Shown one piece after another: positions 20,548 to 35,700 of a stretch of 64,000 bases of DNA. Position 1 is the first letter of the stretch. Each line of letters opens with the position of its first letter. Both the position numbers and the translations under genes were made by a program. The stretch is taken from the NCBI GenBank assembly GCA_046563655.1, contig CM102290.1, positions 1,984,001-2,048,000 of the forward strand, written 5' to 3'. The notes below the pieces were generated by a model. That model was not told where the DNA came from, searched no databases, and was given only the letters and a program-made list of their open reading frames with translations. The stretch comes from Yuukianura sp. NJ FZ-2021. Taxonomy: Eukaryota.

Positions 20548-20590
20548 AGTTGCGCAGCTCATGCGCAGTTGCACCGTCTGCGCAGTACCG
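20548..20590 (+). promoter_or_regulatory. Putative UBE2G1 promoter with clustered TGCGCA motifs (NRF1/EWG-like half-sites)
   Basis: Three TGCGCA hexamers within ~40 bp, just upstream of a probable non-coding exon ending at the donor 20878 (acceptor ~21156). Confidence 0.35.
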
Positions 20591-21273
20591 GTGGTGTGTG
20601 TTGCGTGTGAGGGGTGGTGGGGTGTGGGGTTTGTGGACTCTCCTCTTTTCAATTGGAGTTCAGTGGTTCACCTTCAATTTTGTCTCGTCTCCTGCGCCTT
20701 TTACTCGCTCTTTCTAGAACTTCTCACACCGTCAAACTCAATATCCGCTGCTCTTTACAACACAACACTTCACACAGGTCACCAGAGGTCAACACGCTAC
20801 TAGCAAAAGCTCTACGACGTAACCAAATTAACCAGTTACTTCAATAATATCACTCTCACAGTCAAAACTACTTACAGGTACGTCGAATATTTGACGTTTG
20901 AAGATGTTTTTGTGCTATGTTCGATTTTTTATGTCTTTGTGTACAAACTTAAGCGGCGAGACGGTAAATCTTACTCTGATATAGGTGGATGACGGGTCAA
21001 CCGGCACATCCGGACCCCTCAATGAGTCACTGACTCCCACTGCTCCTTCTGAAACCAATGCAATTGGCCAGAGTTGCATTACAAAGTGTTTTCATCTTCC
21101 TTTGTTGTATTTTAAGGTGATGATGGTAATTCAGTATCTTCTTTTTATATACTAGGACGACAAGGAGGAAAGGAAGTTCTGGACGTTTATTCTACGTTTC
21201 TACTTCACCAGAAGCCTCTACAAGTAATCCGCAGTGTTCATTTCGAAAGTCAAGTTAGTTACTACGTCTCATA

Positions 21274-22513
21274 ATGGTCGAACCGCAATCGGCGTTATTA
21301 CTTCGAAAGCAATTAGCTGGTGAGCATACGGACGTGCCGCTTTTAATTCGTTTAGCTGTCGTTCCCGAACATCGTCGCTCTGGCATGACTTTTAAGAACG
21401 AGAAATATGCTGTATGCTGTAGCCTAGCTGCTACTTAATTCCCTATGTCCACGTGCTTTGCGTATCACTTTTCATTGGTTTTGTGTTCTGATATTTAACC
21501 GCGTCTAAAAAACAACTTTCGGTATAGACTGCTTTATCACTGCAGCATAGGATTAGTAAACGCATGGTAGAGTAACTATAATTAACAGATCCATAAGATT
21601 TCTAGAAACTACACAATAAGCTTCTGGGTTGGCTAAGAGTGCATGACAATGACCCCAATCTCCCGTCCCAGTCACCTCCAACTACTGTGTGCTTTCTAAT
21701 TTTTGAATAATTGCAAGTATTGCACAAGATGAAAAGTTAAATTCGATTATTTATGGATGAACACTAACCTAAGAACTGTTTTTTCTTTATTACAGAGCTA
21801 AATAAGAATCCAGTAGAAGGATTTTCGGCCGGTTTAATCGATGATAATGATATTTACCGTTGGGAAATCTTGATTATTGGTCCTGCCGACACGCTATAGT
21901 AAGTTGATCTATTGATTTTGTTTAATGCTTCTATGGATTCAGTCACTCTGGAGAATTAATTAGGTTATGATTTTGGACTCAATTGCATGTATAGTGAAGG
22001 GGGTTTCTTCAAGTGTCACCTACTATTTCCACGGGAGTATCCTTTACGTCCACCTAAAATGAAGTTTATTACTGAAATATGGCATCCAAACAGTAAGACT
22101 TACCTTCAGTCTTTGCACTAACATCAACATAAGATTCCTAATTGCTGTTAACTACTTTTAAATGTTTTTTTCAGTCGACAAAAGTGGTGATGTTTGTATT
22201 TCAATTCTACATGAGCCGGGTGATGACAAATATGGATACGAAAAGGCCTCTGAAAGATGGCTCCCAGTTCATACGGTCGAAACAATACTGATATCAGTTA
22301 TTTCAATGTTAGCTGACCCCAATGATGAAAGTCCAGCCAACGTAGATGCGGCTGTAAGTTCTTCTAACGTACTACACCAATTCTCATTTATTAATCAAAC
22401 AAGATCACTTAGATTCTATCGATTTTAAATTTCAGAAAGAATGGAGAGAGAATTACACTGACTTCAAACGGAAGGTTGCTAAATGCGTGAGGAGAAGCCA
22501 AGAAGAATGTTAG
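21274..22513 (+). CDS. UBE2G1: Ubiquitin-conjugating enzyme E2 G1 (167 aa)
   Basis: Exons 21274-21319, 21796-21898, 21995-22092, 22175-22353 and 22436-22513. Reads [25 protein letters not shown]...[37 protein letters not shown], including the acidic loop. Confidence 0.96.
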
Positions 22514-25500
22514 TGTAACACCCACTTTTTCTCAATATGGAAACCGCTTTTTGTAGATCCCATAATTTGTGTAATTGTGGGATCGATGATACTTAAGAGC
22601 GCTTTCCATGTGATGTGTCCTTTTTTCGTTTGCTCAGTCATTTTATTTCAAATCGTCAAACAAGAAGTTTAGGTGATCACTGATCATTTTCTTCATTCTG
22701 TCTAAAAATTCATTAAAATGTCAAAGTTTTCTCTAAAATTAACAGTAACACAACTTGATCAGTCCCCTCGTTTCCTGTCAGGCTTTAATCTTGCTACTGA
22801 TAGGCCTCTCCGGTAGCTTTCTTGGTTATAAAATCGGCTCTACTTAGTAGTAATTTCACAATTAACTTCCAAAATTATAAAATTATGGGTAATTCACCTT
22901 CTCTTTTGCTTTTAAGTCCCACTGTGCCTCTCTTTGACTCAACTCAGGTGTTTATTTATAAAACGCAATTATATACGTTCATCAAAGCGGGCTCATTTAA
23001 AACATAAGGTATAATAAATAATTCAAAATCGGAAAAACAGGAGAAACGAAGTCTACAGTGAATGTTTTTATTTTGTTGCTTTTTTTATTCAACTTTACGT
23101 TTATGCTTTACAAAAAAACAATCTTCAAAAACTTAACTAACTTTGTAAAATGCTTTGTATTTGCAGAAGCTCCAACTTTTTACTAACAAGCGCAATCCGA
23201 CGTCTATCATCACTTCAAATCTGTCTTTTCCCGTGTCATCGCACTCTTTGTTCTTCAAAATGGAAAATTTATAAACATTCAGTCCTGTAACCTTGTGCTC
23301 GTAACTCGCAACAGTTAAATGTTGATTCCAAATCTCGCGCTGGCGGCTGTATGGAAACGGCTTTTTTTAAACACGAAAATTTTAGGTTTAAAGAGGCTCA
23401 TAACAGCAAATTCTCCAATTTACAATACTGTAACTTCCAAAATTTGATTTAAAATTTTTGTTTTTCTGAGGAAATGAACTGACTTGTCCAAAAACGGAAA
23501 AGACTGTTACGACTTCTGATGAAACTTGTTTAAACGTTGTCTTTTTTTTAAAGAAAAGCCTATAAATTTTCTCAATTATTTCAAAATCCTACCATCCACT
23601 TTCCTTCTTCAAACTTTGTCCTTGTCTCCTGTAAAAGTTGTGTAAAACGTTTAGAAGACAAACACAAGTGCCATTGATCATCTTCTGTCATGGTCATCAT
23701 CAAAAAGAACGATAAAATGTTAACTTCTAATGCATTTTTCGTTTTTAAACGAAATTTTGTCGTTCAAAACGTTTCTTTTTTCTAACCCTTGAGAGGCTCA
23801 CAGGTTAAAAAGTTGAACAAGGTCATTGACCTGACAATGACCTATCAATGGCAACTGACCGTTGATATAAAATAACCTGTAATTTTTTTCTGACGCAAAA
23901 AAACAAAAATCAAGTGTAATTTATTACTGACGGCAATAATAATTTGAACAAAAAAAGTGTTAACGATGTGAGATTTTTTTTTAGAAAGTTTTTTTTTCTA
24001 CAAAAAAAGAAAGAAAGTGTAAACTCAAATAAAAACGGAAATTATGTCGAGCTGGAAGTTTAAAAAAATGAATCTCTTTCACAAAATCTTGAGGAAACAA
24101 AAAAGAACGAATGTTTGTTGGCGAAAAACTATCTTCGCAAAACCTTAAAAAATATGAAAATTTTGTTGTAAAATGCATGAGAAAGTAGCTGAATGAAGCA
24201 CAAAATCAAAATGAAGCGCGTAAATAATCTGCTTGGACCATTTTGGAAGATGTTTGGGGAAGAAAATTGGAAAAACCGGCGGGTAGCTATTGATTCACTT
24301 GTAAATGTGCTGGGAGGTCGTAATGGATTCATGGATTTACATCTCTCTGGAAGAGGCAGATGTGACCCACCCACCTCCATTCAAGATCTGATTCATTTTT
24401 TCAAGGGCCCCCTCTCGTCCAAAGTCGTGTCGTCCTTCATCTTCACCAACTTACAGTACCCTTAAACTTTGAAATTTCCAATTGAAATTCCTACGCAAGA
24501 TTTTTCCGATTCGGAGCAAAAGGAATCCGGATTTCCTTATCCCCCATCAGACTTTCCACCTGTTTCTCTCGTCTGCTTAAGCCAACCTCATTTTTCAAAA
24601 AATTCCTAAACAACTTTTTTTTTGATTCTCGGAGGAAATCAAAATTTTAGCCCAAGATCCACAAACTACTCAAATTCCGTCATCCAGGAACTCAGAATTT
24701 ATCAACACTTCGAAAATCTAAACCGAAAAGTCCGATATAAAAAAAAATGTATAAAGATGTCTTAAAATTTTTGGCTAAAGCGACTAAACTTTTGAAAAAA
24801 AAAGTTACCTTTGAGAATTTTCGGTGTTGGGAGTTTTCGGTTTTCTTTCCGAAAAAAAAAACGAAACCTTTTTTGAAAAGAAGAGGACGAGTAATAAGGA
24901 ATTCTAAAGGAATCGGCACACATTTCAAATTGATTTTTTTTCTCTTTCTGTAACAGTTCACCGCCGCGGTTTTTTCCTTTTCGCGGCGGTTTGGACCGTG
25001 GTTTCCTTGTCTCATTAGTAGATGAAAATGGGGCATGATTGGGATCATTGTATGACCAAGCAAAAAGGTAATTCACGCCGTTGGGGATGTTACTTCACAG
25101 GGCTCTTCTAGCTTTCTTCTGTCGGTGGTCCCATTCATCATCATCTTTGGCCCTTCATAAACAGACACGCCAAAAATATTTTATAAAGACAGGCAAAATA
25201 TTAAAATACTAAATATTTCTATTCGGAAACCTTGAAGTATTCACTTAATTAAAGTTGATTTCATGTCATTGCTCCGAATAAATTGCTTCGAATTCAATTA
25301 CTCCTAATATCATATTGCGCCAAACGGCAAATTGCTCCGAAAATAATTAACAACAAAAAACGTGTTTAGGATCATACAATTTCACTTTTCTGTGGAATAA
25401 TTCGAAAAAAAATATATTTTTTTTTCTCTTTTTTTTAGAGTGGGTTCATGGGTTCGAGTCCAGGTCGGGGTACTTTTTTTGGCGTTGGCAACCGAAACTA

Positions 25501-26764
25501 CTTCATAAAATTTTCTTTTGACATACAGAATATGACTGTATTTTTTAAATTCAAAAACTTGACGGCCAGTTGGGAATGTTCCCTCGTTAGTCACAGAATT
25601 AGCGAAAAAGTTGATTTCCTTAACATTACGGCCATGGAGACTTAAATATTTTGCGCATGTCTGTTGATAAGGTCCAAGGGTCCCTTACAGAAGTGTCTTT
25701 GTCCCGTGGGCCCTTGACATGCAAGATCACTCAGACGCACCTTTCTCTCTTAACTGGAGGGCCCTTGACGTTAACCAACCTGTCGAACCATAAAAATAAA
25801 TAGAAAACGGAGAGGGGGCGATGTATTTTGTAAGTTGGGGGGCTGCTGCTGCTGCGATTAGGGATTCTGACATGAGGCTCCCAGATGACGGATTACTTTT
25901 TTCTTTTTCTAAAAGTCCGTTTTCCAAATGTTTTGAAAAAGATTTGGAACTGAGGGAGGAGGGATGATGATCGGTTTCTTTGGTGTAGTAGTAGAGGAGA
26001 GGGAGTTTTGAAATGGAAGTAGCAATGGCTGGATAGCACCTAAGCTTAAGTTGGACTGCGATCTGTGGGCGACTGCTGTTCAGTTCTGCCTTGTCTCTTG
26101 CCTTGGTAGCTCGTGCCCTGAGTGGGCTCCTGCGTCAAGGGGTCATGGAAGCCCTTCAAAGTTGTCACAACAAACGAACCATCATGAGCATCTCTCAGTC
26201 AGTCTGTCACAGAAACTGCTCCAAGGGCTCTGACCCTTGAGTCTTTGCCAACAGGGACATGGACCCTTAGTAACAATTTGCAATATCTAATCAAACTTGA
26301 TTAAAAAGTAAAGTGAAAGTGAGGTGAAAGTGGAACTGTTCTCTCAAAAGTGTTTGACCTTTGACTGTGTCATGTTTCACAGAGTGACTGTAATTTTAAA
26401 ATTTTAGGCGTCAGTGTCTAGGAATTTGAATTTGAAATTTTTATGAAACGTTTTCAACTTTTTTTTGAAAAACTAAAGTTAAGTTTATGTGAAACGTTAA
26501 ACGTGAGGCTATTCAAACCTTTGTTGACTGTTTAATTTTTATGTCCAAGTTACGGTTGACTGATGACGGTACTTAAGAAGTCCTTGGACTAAAAACGACT
26601 GTTGGAACATTAGGCAGTTTCTTGTGTTGTGTGGGGGAAGTTGTCCAGTTAGTGTTCAAACATGTTTGAACATTTTTTAAATGTGACTTTGAAAGTAGAG
26701 TAGTAGGGAGAGTTAATGTTAGGGTTGAATCTGTGTGTGGCCGACAAGGAAGAAGAACCAGTAA

Positions 26765-29700
26765 ATGATGCATGAAGGGTTGACGAGTCGACGGAGCCTC
26801 GTAGGACCAATTTTTGTCAGCATTCTTCTAACTGCTCAAGCCAGTTGGTTGTAAGTCCTTCGATTTCTAACATGATCTTGTTCAAATTTCAAAATTCCAA
26901 ATTTCTAAAAAAAAAAAGTAAAAATTAAAAATTTTGGTTAGGTTGGAGACAGAAAAGCTTTGATGTTGTTTCAACGATTGGGTGAAGTATTGATTTAGGT
27001 TGAATTTTTGATTTCCCCAAAGAATCGGAACAAGCTATGCTTTCTCCCTTGGTTTCTCTGATTAAATTAAATTTTGTTTGCTTGTGCTCTGATCCTTGCT
27101 ATAACTTTTTCTGGAAGGAGTCCGAAGTGGATAAGCCAGAAAAAATGTTAGGCTAGGTTGAGTTAGGTGGCTTGTGCCTTGGCACAGGGTTGAATCCTTC
27201 TCCTTGATTATTAATACTTCAACTCCCGAGATGTAATCCATCTCCCGCAGACGGTCCAGGAAGTGGAGACTGATACCCGGGTAGAAAGTGAACTTCGGTG
27301 TGGCAGATGGGGATTAGAGCAGAAGAGCATCAGGAACCAACATTTACATTTGACTCTCGCTAAGCCCCACCAAAAACCGCCCCACCAAAAAAGAGGCCCC
27401 ACCGCCAACAAAGTATTTTCCAGAGCAACCCGTGTTTAAGTAGGAAACTAAAACCTAGAAGGATCGTCTAACTAGTTAGAAAGAAAAAGCTTTTGGATTT
27501 CCATTAGAGACTTTACCGGAGCAGCTCAAACGAGACAAGGATTTTCATGCATAAGTTGGTTTCCATCCAGCTTAACAGAAAAAAAAATTTTTGAAAAAAA
27601 GTTTGAAAAAAAAAGTCGGTGGCAAGCGGAACTTTTAAAATTATATGGCGGTAGAAACGTTCAAGTTTTTTGTTTCGAGAACAAAAAAACTTTGTAGTCT
27701 CCTTTGAAAAAAACGACCGCAATTAATTTCACATGAACATGAAAAAAAGTGATATTAAAATTACTCAACTTTTAAGAGGAATTTTTTACAAAACTTTTGT
27801 GAAAATCCAATTGTGTAAGGAATCCAGATTCAAAAAACTCATCAAAAAATGCTGAAATCGTTTTTTCTTTCAAAACTTTTCCAATATTTCTTCTCGGTCG
27901 AGTTACTACTTTCTACTACTATCTCCATTATGCGAATTTTTATTAAAATTTGACAAAAATAAAAATTTAGTCTTGTACAGCAAAATAAACTCTTCGATTT
28001 TCTATTCAAAATTTTTGAATTTTTCAGTCAAATGAGTAGTTTGAAGTTGATTTGAAAGAAAATTTTCACTTTGTTGGAGATTATTATAGTAGAGGGACTA
28101 TTATTTCGTCTTTTGATTACAGAAGATGAAGTTAGGTTTTCTATTAATTAGAGACTTTGGGAATCGAAACGTGATATGAACTACCCAGCGGCTTTTCCTT
28201 ATGATCTTCTTCAACTAAAACTTTACGCCCACCGACGTCCCTGCATGCCCCCCGCCACTTCCCCTCCCCCCGAGGCAAAATACGTAGGTGCTCCAAATCA
28301 AGGTTTGTTGACTTTGATTTTCTTTAACAGGTTGGGCAATACCTCATGTTTTTTTTTATTTTGAAAAAAAGGTGCCTTTTGATTTCAGGGCATCGTATTT
28401 ATAAAAATACAGCCGAATTTTTAAAAAATTTTCACACGAATTGGAAGCAATTTCTTGGATTAGTACTAAAATTAGTACCAATTTTTTTTTTCTGTCAACA
28501 AGCGAAGTAGTACCCAACCTTTCAAAGAAAATCAACTCTTCGTTGTCAAGGAACCTTGCTCCAACTTACGTTCCTCGGCGCCCTGATTATCCCCCTCCAG
28601 AATCATCATCATCATCATCATTTGATCAACCCGAAAACCTTCCACCGCCTTTTGTTTCTTTTTTAAACCCGAATGTTAACCCTATCTTATGTTGCAAGGG
28701 CTCCTTCATGAAATATGGGACACTCAAGGACCCTTGAGGCCACTGGCTACTTTTCAAACTGGTTTTTTCAACATGGCCCTTAAGTCCCCTTCCAGAACTG
28801 TAAAATGCGACGTGTGAAGGGAAGATCGTAGGTCATTATTAGTCCAGACAGCCGCATCGCCTTGGCCCCACTAAATAGCCCCACTATCACCCTCCTATTT
28901 TCTTAGCTCTCCTTCAATCTTCCACAACTTTTTGGACACTCCGCACCCTCCGGATAAGGAAAACTTCATTGTTGGTTTTCCACTGTTGCAGCATTTCTTT
29001 TTTAAATTTTTTGAAAAGAGGAGACTGGGTGGATGCAACAAAACATTCCAAAAGGCCACAAGCACGTCTTCATCTCTGATGTCACGCGCAGATTGAGGCC
29101 GAGATCTATGGGACTCTTAAGATTGAAATCAGAAAAAGTGTCACCTTTGACAATGGACTTTTTAACCGGTTTTCCAATTCAAGTCCATAACTAAAATGGT
29201 GGCTACCTGCATGGCAGTCCAGCCAGCAAACACATTTTGAACAACAATTTAAACTTTTTTTGAAACTGGTGAATTTTTTGATTCTGAAAGGTACTTGGGC
29301 GTGTCGAGAGAGCCTGTGGTTCCACTTGACCTTGCTGGCGGTGACCAGCAACTGGCCGATGCTCCGCAGAATGCTGATGACGCCTTCAGAAACTCTGCTG
29401 GAATCGTTTGTGATGCTCTGCCAGGCCTCGTCGCTGCTCAAATTGAAGTCTGTCAAACGTTTCCCAATACGATCAAAAGCGTCTCTGAAGGAGCAAAACG
29501 CGGAATTCAAGAGTGTCAGTTCCAGTTCAGACATGAACGCTGGAACTGTTCCGCTTCACCTCAAGATCACAGCGTCTTTGGCTATGCTCTGCAACGAGGT
29601 AAGCGTTTGGCCAATCAACGTTAATTTAGCAACCAAGGTTCCTTGACAACAAAAAGTTAATTTTCTTTAACAGTTTGAGTATAACCTCGCTTGTTGACAA

Positions 29701-32700
29701 AAAAATTAAAAAAAAAATCAAAAATTGGTACCAATTTGTACGCAAAATTTTAAGAAAATTGGCTGTATTGGTATGGCTACGATGCCCGGGAAAGTTGCAA
29801 AATCGAAATAACATGAGGTATTACCCAACCTGTTACAGAAAATCAACAAACCTTGGTTAGTACCCAACACAGCCTCAGGAAAAGTTGATTTGAGAGGTTT
29901 CAACTGTCACTCAAAGGGAAGCACGATGACCAGTGACACGTACTTGATAGAATCTGGAAGTTAACGTTGTGGGTCCTCGTTAGTGGACATGGAGGTCCCC
30001 CCGGAGGTCCATTTATGGACATCCAAAATGAGGCAAGTTGATGATGTCCAAAATGTACTCAAGGGAAAGGCAGAAACATGAATGGCTCTTGTTCAAATCC
30101 TTGTAACGCTTCTGCTCTTCCTCGTTTGAACAGACACATCTCCTTTTAGAATCAAAATCCAACAGAGAGAAAAACTTGAAATCAAAAACCTCCTTAAGTT
30201 TTTTTTTCTGTTCGTTTTTTGTCCATTGGTAATTCGTTTTGGTGATTTGAATCTTGAGGAAATCATGATTCAGGAATCAATGATTCCTTTTAAAGTACCC
30301 ACCCAAGTCTTCTGAGATATCCAAAAGGATCCCTTAAGTACTCTCCTTCTTTAAGTGCACAATTTGAAGTTAGACGAAAGCAGATGCTTTTGCACCTTTC
30401 ACTTTCCATTCCCCTTCAAGCTTTCACCTGCCTGTCACATTAGGAGCCTCTGAAATCACTTTTCAGTTGGAACTGACAGGGAGCCAGAGATAGTAGTAGC
30501 AAAATGTCTGGAAAATTAGACACTTTTTGTAGCAATGAAATCGTAATTTTTTTTTTCAGCGAAAGTATGCGTCAAGTTTTTGAAATTTATTTCCTGTAGG
30601 GAACTGTCACACAAATCGGTGACAGAAATTCTGAATTTGAAAAAGAATTTCTAGAAATGATTTTTCTTTTCTAAACTCTGTTCTATCAAATGAGCAAAAA
30701 TCTTTCTCCAAATTTTGATTTAATTTTTGATATGTGTGCTGCAGATGTGTTTGATTGATAAACGGCTATGATTTTCAAAAAAAAAATTTCTTTAGAATTC
30801 AAAATTTACTATTTTGATGAAATCAAATTATGATGAAGCTTGACAAGCCAGCATGGCGCTGCAACGATGAAAACCTTTAAGTTAAGGTTTAAACCCAACG
30901 GAAAGAGGAAGTTCATGTTTCTCTGGTGCGGTTTCGTTACCGCACCAGAGGAAATTTCAAAGGTGGGGCTGAACCGTGCCCCGCCGCGGTGGATGCTGCA
31001 TTCCACCACCAGTGCACTTGCCGGAAGGACTTTGAAAAGTTAGTTTTGGCTCCAAATTTCAAAATGAACAAACGTTCCATTTGAAACAGAATTTTTAATG
31101 ATATCATCTCCACCATTCACTAAATTCTGAAACTCTCTCCCTTCGCGTGTTTCTTTCTTTATTTCAAAACTTAAGAATTTCCAGGAAGTGACAAGTTGAA
31201 GGCCCCAAGGGAGACTTAACAAAATTCTAAGCCTCATAACTTCCCTTTGAAGTTCCACGTTCCCCCTGGGGAGCCTTACCCAACTGCCTGTGACCTTCTG
31301 CTCCCTTAAGGGCTCTCCTTAATTCTACTCTACTTGTTTCGTAGGTGACAGAAAAGAAAAGGAAAAGTTGGAAAAGTGGGTTCCCTTGTGACGCTACTTT
31401 CACTTTTTGGCTAAAGAGTTCTTAGAGACCAGAAATTGATGTTATTTTCACTTTCGTGCTAAGAAATTAAACAAAAAACGTTTTGTTGAAAACTTTTGTT
31501 TAATATCTGTTGTAGTATTGTGTTATTATGTTGTGCATTGATGTTAGGGAGATCAATTATCCTCTCAATTTCATGGAGATCACTTCCATGAAGATTTGTT
31601 CTACAGATTTTATTTGAATTTGAAAATGAACCCCGCGCAGATGGAAGACTTAACGGAGCCCTAGAGTATCCTATCTGATCAAATCCGTTTTACTTTAGTC
31701 CAATTCTTGTTCATTTTACAGAAGGATGAGGCGGGGGCCCTTCAAAAAGGCTTAGGCTCCATTCCATCTGCTCGTTCTCTCAAATCACTGAATCCGAATC
31801 AATAATTTCAATTAGAAGGGGCCAAGGGACGACCGTGACCGTGACACGGCGGCAAAGCTCTGTTCAAATTTTGTTTCAGTTTGAATTTTGGCGCTTGAGT
31901 TTTGGAGTTGTAACACTGGTACTGCAGAAGGGCGGTTAAAACTTAAAGTTACAAAGACAATGGGAAGTGCTGTGCACTTGAACTTAAATACACAGATTAC
32001 GCTCAATTTGCAATTCATCAATCATGGGAAGTGTCAAAAAAGTCAAGTCAATTGGATCATCGTTCCAAGTCCTACTACTGCAACACCAAGTCGTTAAGCA
32101 TCATCAGCAGACTTGTCATGCGCATGAGACACTTTTTACGCACAGACATTCCTGCCAAACACGCATGTGCAGATAAGTTACTCCCGCCGTATGTCAAAGA
32201 CAACCCTTTTAAGATCTAATTTTTTACCGTAAACCAAAAAGTAAAACAATGCTCTCAATTTAAAAAAAAATTCATATTTTTCGAATTTCTCGCTTGATAA
32301 TTCAACTTCCGAAGCAATCCCAACAAAAAACCAACATAATTTGTAATATGAAAAGCCACACACCATGTTTAGAATATGTGTACCCTTGGGTGTGGGTACT
32401 TAAGGACAAAAAGGGAGCCTTATAGCCTAACCTAATCGTCATGTTTTTAGTATTCTTGTATTACATTAGTCATTGATCCCCTGGGCTTTTGGCGTTGTTC
32501 AAATGGTTCCGTTTGTCTCTTTGTCCCAACTGGAAATAATACCCGGGACTTGTGTCTGTAGTTGCTTTGGACTCTCCATTTGAACACATTTGAACACGAA
32601 TGTCCTTGGGTGAGGCTGTAGTTGCCTCCAAAAGATTTGCTACGGTTCCATGAAACTTCATGGAAGAATTCGATTAGTTCCATTCAAAAAAATCCGGTAG

Positions 32701-35700
32701 TAATCCGGAGTGTACGAAAGTAGCGAAGACAGAGATGGCACTGCATTAGCAAACAGCTGTTAACAATGGCACACTAACCAACAATTGTATACTACTAGGT
32801 AAAACTGTAACTATACAGCAAATGACAAAAAGTTGACCTTTGACCCTTAAAAGGTTATTTAGGGTCTCATGAAATACACCAAAGTTGCTTGCCTCAATGC
32901 AATGACCAACTTTTGTACAGGTCTTTTTTTATGTTACCGGGAGCTAAATAGGTTTTAACCTTGACCTTTGACCCGGAAGGAGCTTTTCCGCAGGGATAAT
33001 ATTGCATAGTGAACTAATATAATATGATTATGAACTGAATAGTAATAGTTGACTAATAAAACAGATCCCGGAAATGTTGAACGTTTTCCGAGATAATTTC
33101 TGCTGAAGGACAGACAGGAGGCCAAACAGACAGATCATATAAAGTAGCGAAGATTCTCGACTTAATAAGAATGGCTTAAGCCTCCCTTTGGAATATTTCC
33201 TTCCGCTCACTTTCTCTGGCTCTTCAGACAAATTCGGAATCCAGTTTGTTCAAGCGCTGCTGCATAAAGAAGAGTGCTTTAAAAAAAGTTAAAAAAAAGA
33301 TTCAGTGGATTTGACCATTCAACTGGACAAGGAAGAAGAGATCTTCCCAATCTCAAAGAGTCCAGAAAAAACCTTGTTCTCAATAAATCCCTTTCGATTT
33401 CAGAAGCTGGTGGTCGAATCCTCTTCAATTTTCGTTTTTTTGTTCGTTTCTGTAACTGAAATCCGGGCATTATCCAAAATGGTAGAATTATACAGACAGT
33501 GAGTAGCAGAGCGACGTTTTCAATTGTTACTGAGTCTCACAGTGTCCTCGTGGAGTCCAAAAAAAAAGTTCTGGAAGAGAATCCTGGACCTTATGGATTT
33601 GAAATTAATTTATATCTGAACATAACATATTTTTTGTAAGGCTGAGGGTGCGCGCGGGCGGAGTGCCCCCTCCCTACCATTGAGCAATTGAACGCACATG
33701 GGAACCTCTCTAATTGCCCCATTGTCTGGCCAGGGTCCAACACGCCTGCGCAGAGACTCATAGGCTGGAGGTGGTACTTAGGTTAGATTTTTCCATGTTA
33801 GGTTCTGACCTCTGACACCTCGGAACATGAACATTCCACCGTAATTGTTCTGCTCAAGATTAGCTACGGGCCACCTCCACATGACACGCCAAGGTACAAA
33901 AAATATGAAAGCCGTGGAGTCCATGAGCACTTAAAATGTTTGGAGTCCACGGGGTGTCTGTTACAATGAAAATGATACAAGGTGTCTAAAATTTCTTTTA
34001 AAAAAATGTACTTTAAACTCTATTTTTTTAACACTACACATAATTTTTTTTGCACAATTCATTTTATAAGTGTAAGTAACGTCATTTCAAAGATTTTCTT
34101 TTTGGTATCTTCAAGTTCTGCCTTGTAACAAAGTTTTCACCAGCGTTTAGTCCAAAGCCAAGATTTTTGAATTGGTTTCTACCTATTTTTTCTTCTTCTT
34201 TTTGTAGTGTTGAAACACTACTTGTAAGATATAAAAAAAATTTAAACTTTTGCATTTTTTGTAATGTTAAGAGAACATACTGTACAGACTTTTGTCTTGG
34301 AATTGACAAATTTTTAAAGTAAGAAAAGTGTGAGAAAGATTCCAATAAACTAAAAAAAAATCTTGCTTTTTTCAATTTTGAATTTTGGAGGCCCAACTTA
34401 GTTCAAAAGAAAAAAAAACGGATTCCATTTAAAGGGAAAACGGCGGCAAGATTTGAAAATGGTTCTGAGCTTTAGGTGGTAGCTATAGATCCGAATCTAG
34501 GGGGTGATAAAGGGGATCTATTAGGCTCTTACAAAAACATAAAATTCAAAGTGGAATTTTTACTTAAAAGTCAACTGCTTCAAGAAGAGGGGGAGAAAGA
34601 GTCAGTTTCAGTTTCTTGTGAGTTTTTTGTTTTTAAAAAATTTCTTAAATGGTTTTTTAGACAAAAAAAAAGTTTTGAAAGCTTTGGTGCGCTGGTGAGA
34701 TTTTACACAAGTTCAAAATATTCTATAAAGTTGCGGTCTTTAAAGTTTTTATGATTATTGGCTCCTTTTGAAAATTAACAGAAATTGTTCAGCATTATGA
34801 ACTGAATTTTTTTCCCAAAAAACTGTAACTTTAGCAGAACCTAGGCTTTTTGGGTGCTGCTGAGAAAGGTAGTGACTGTGTCAAAGGTCACGTTTGGCGT
34901 TGTAAATCATGGGGGAGCCTTTGGATAAGCATCTCATCAATTGAAGCTCCTTCTAGACGGTTTTGGACGCTAACCGTGAGGGGGAAACTGTTGCGATTAG
35001 GGACTGCTGGACTGGAATTCCAAAGTGACGCTAAATCCCATCAATTCCTCTTCTGTCCAAACCAATAAGGATCGTCGTCGAGTACGGTACTAAAGCTTTC
35101 TCTTTTATTGAAAAAGACACAACCACTTTCACTAGAGAAATCCAAATTAAATCTTCAGAAAAAAAAATTAAGTTTGTTGTGCCAAGCAACAGCAATTTCT
35201 GTTTTAAACATTCAAATTTGAGAGAACCTTCGCCTGAAACTCTTCATTTGTTTCAATAATTTTTTTAAATCTGAAACATTCGAATTTGTGAAAAATCTTA
35301 ATGCTGGACAATCTTCAAATTCTTAATTTCATGAAATTTTGTCAGAAGCAAAAGCCTGTCTATAATTCATTTTCTTTTGTCTGTGTAAATTGCTACCATT
35401 ACGACGCTTATGAAAAAGTTCAGTTTTTGTAAAACAGAATTTGAATGCTGGTTTGCTTTGGCTGCTTGAACAACTATTTTTTGCAGTAACTACATCTTCG
35501 CAGTAATTGGCCTGTCGAAGTAATTCGTTTCGCAGCAATTCATTCGCAGTAATGGCATAGCTACTCGAACTGCAAATCTCAAATATGTGTTTTTCCAAAC
35601 CAACTTTGTATTCCAAAACGGAACAGTGTTGAGGAGTTCTGTTTATTTATTTTGTCCAGAACAAAAATAAATATGGTATCAAAAAACTTGGATTTGTGTC

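Noticed and set aside
25448..25480. tRNA/SINE suggested by GGTTCGAGTCC followed by a T run
   Set aside because: Only a B-box/T-arm-like fragment; no A-box or cloverleaf.
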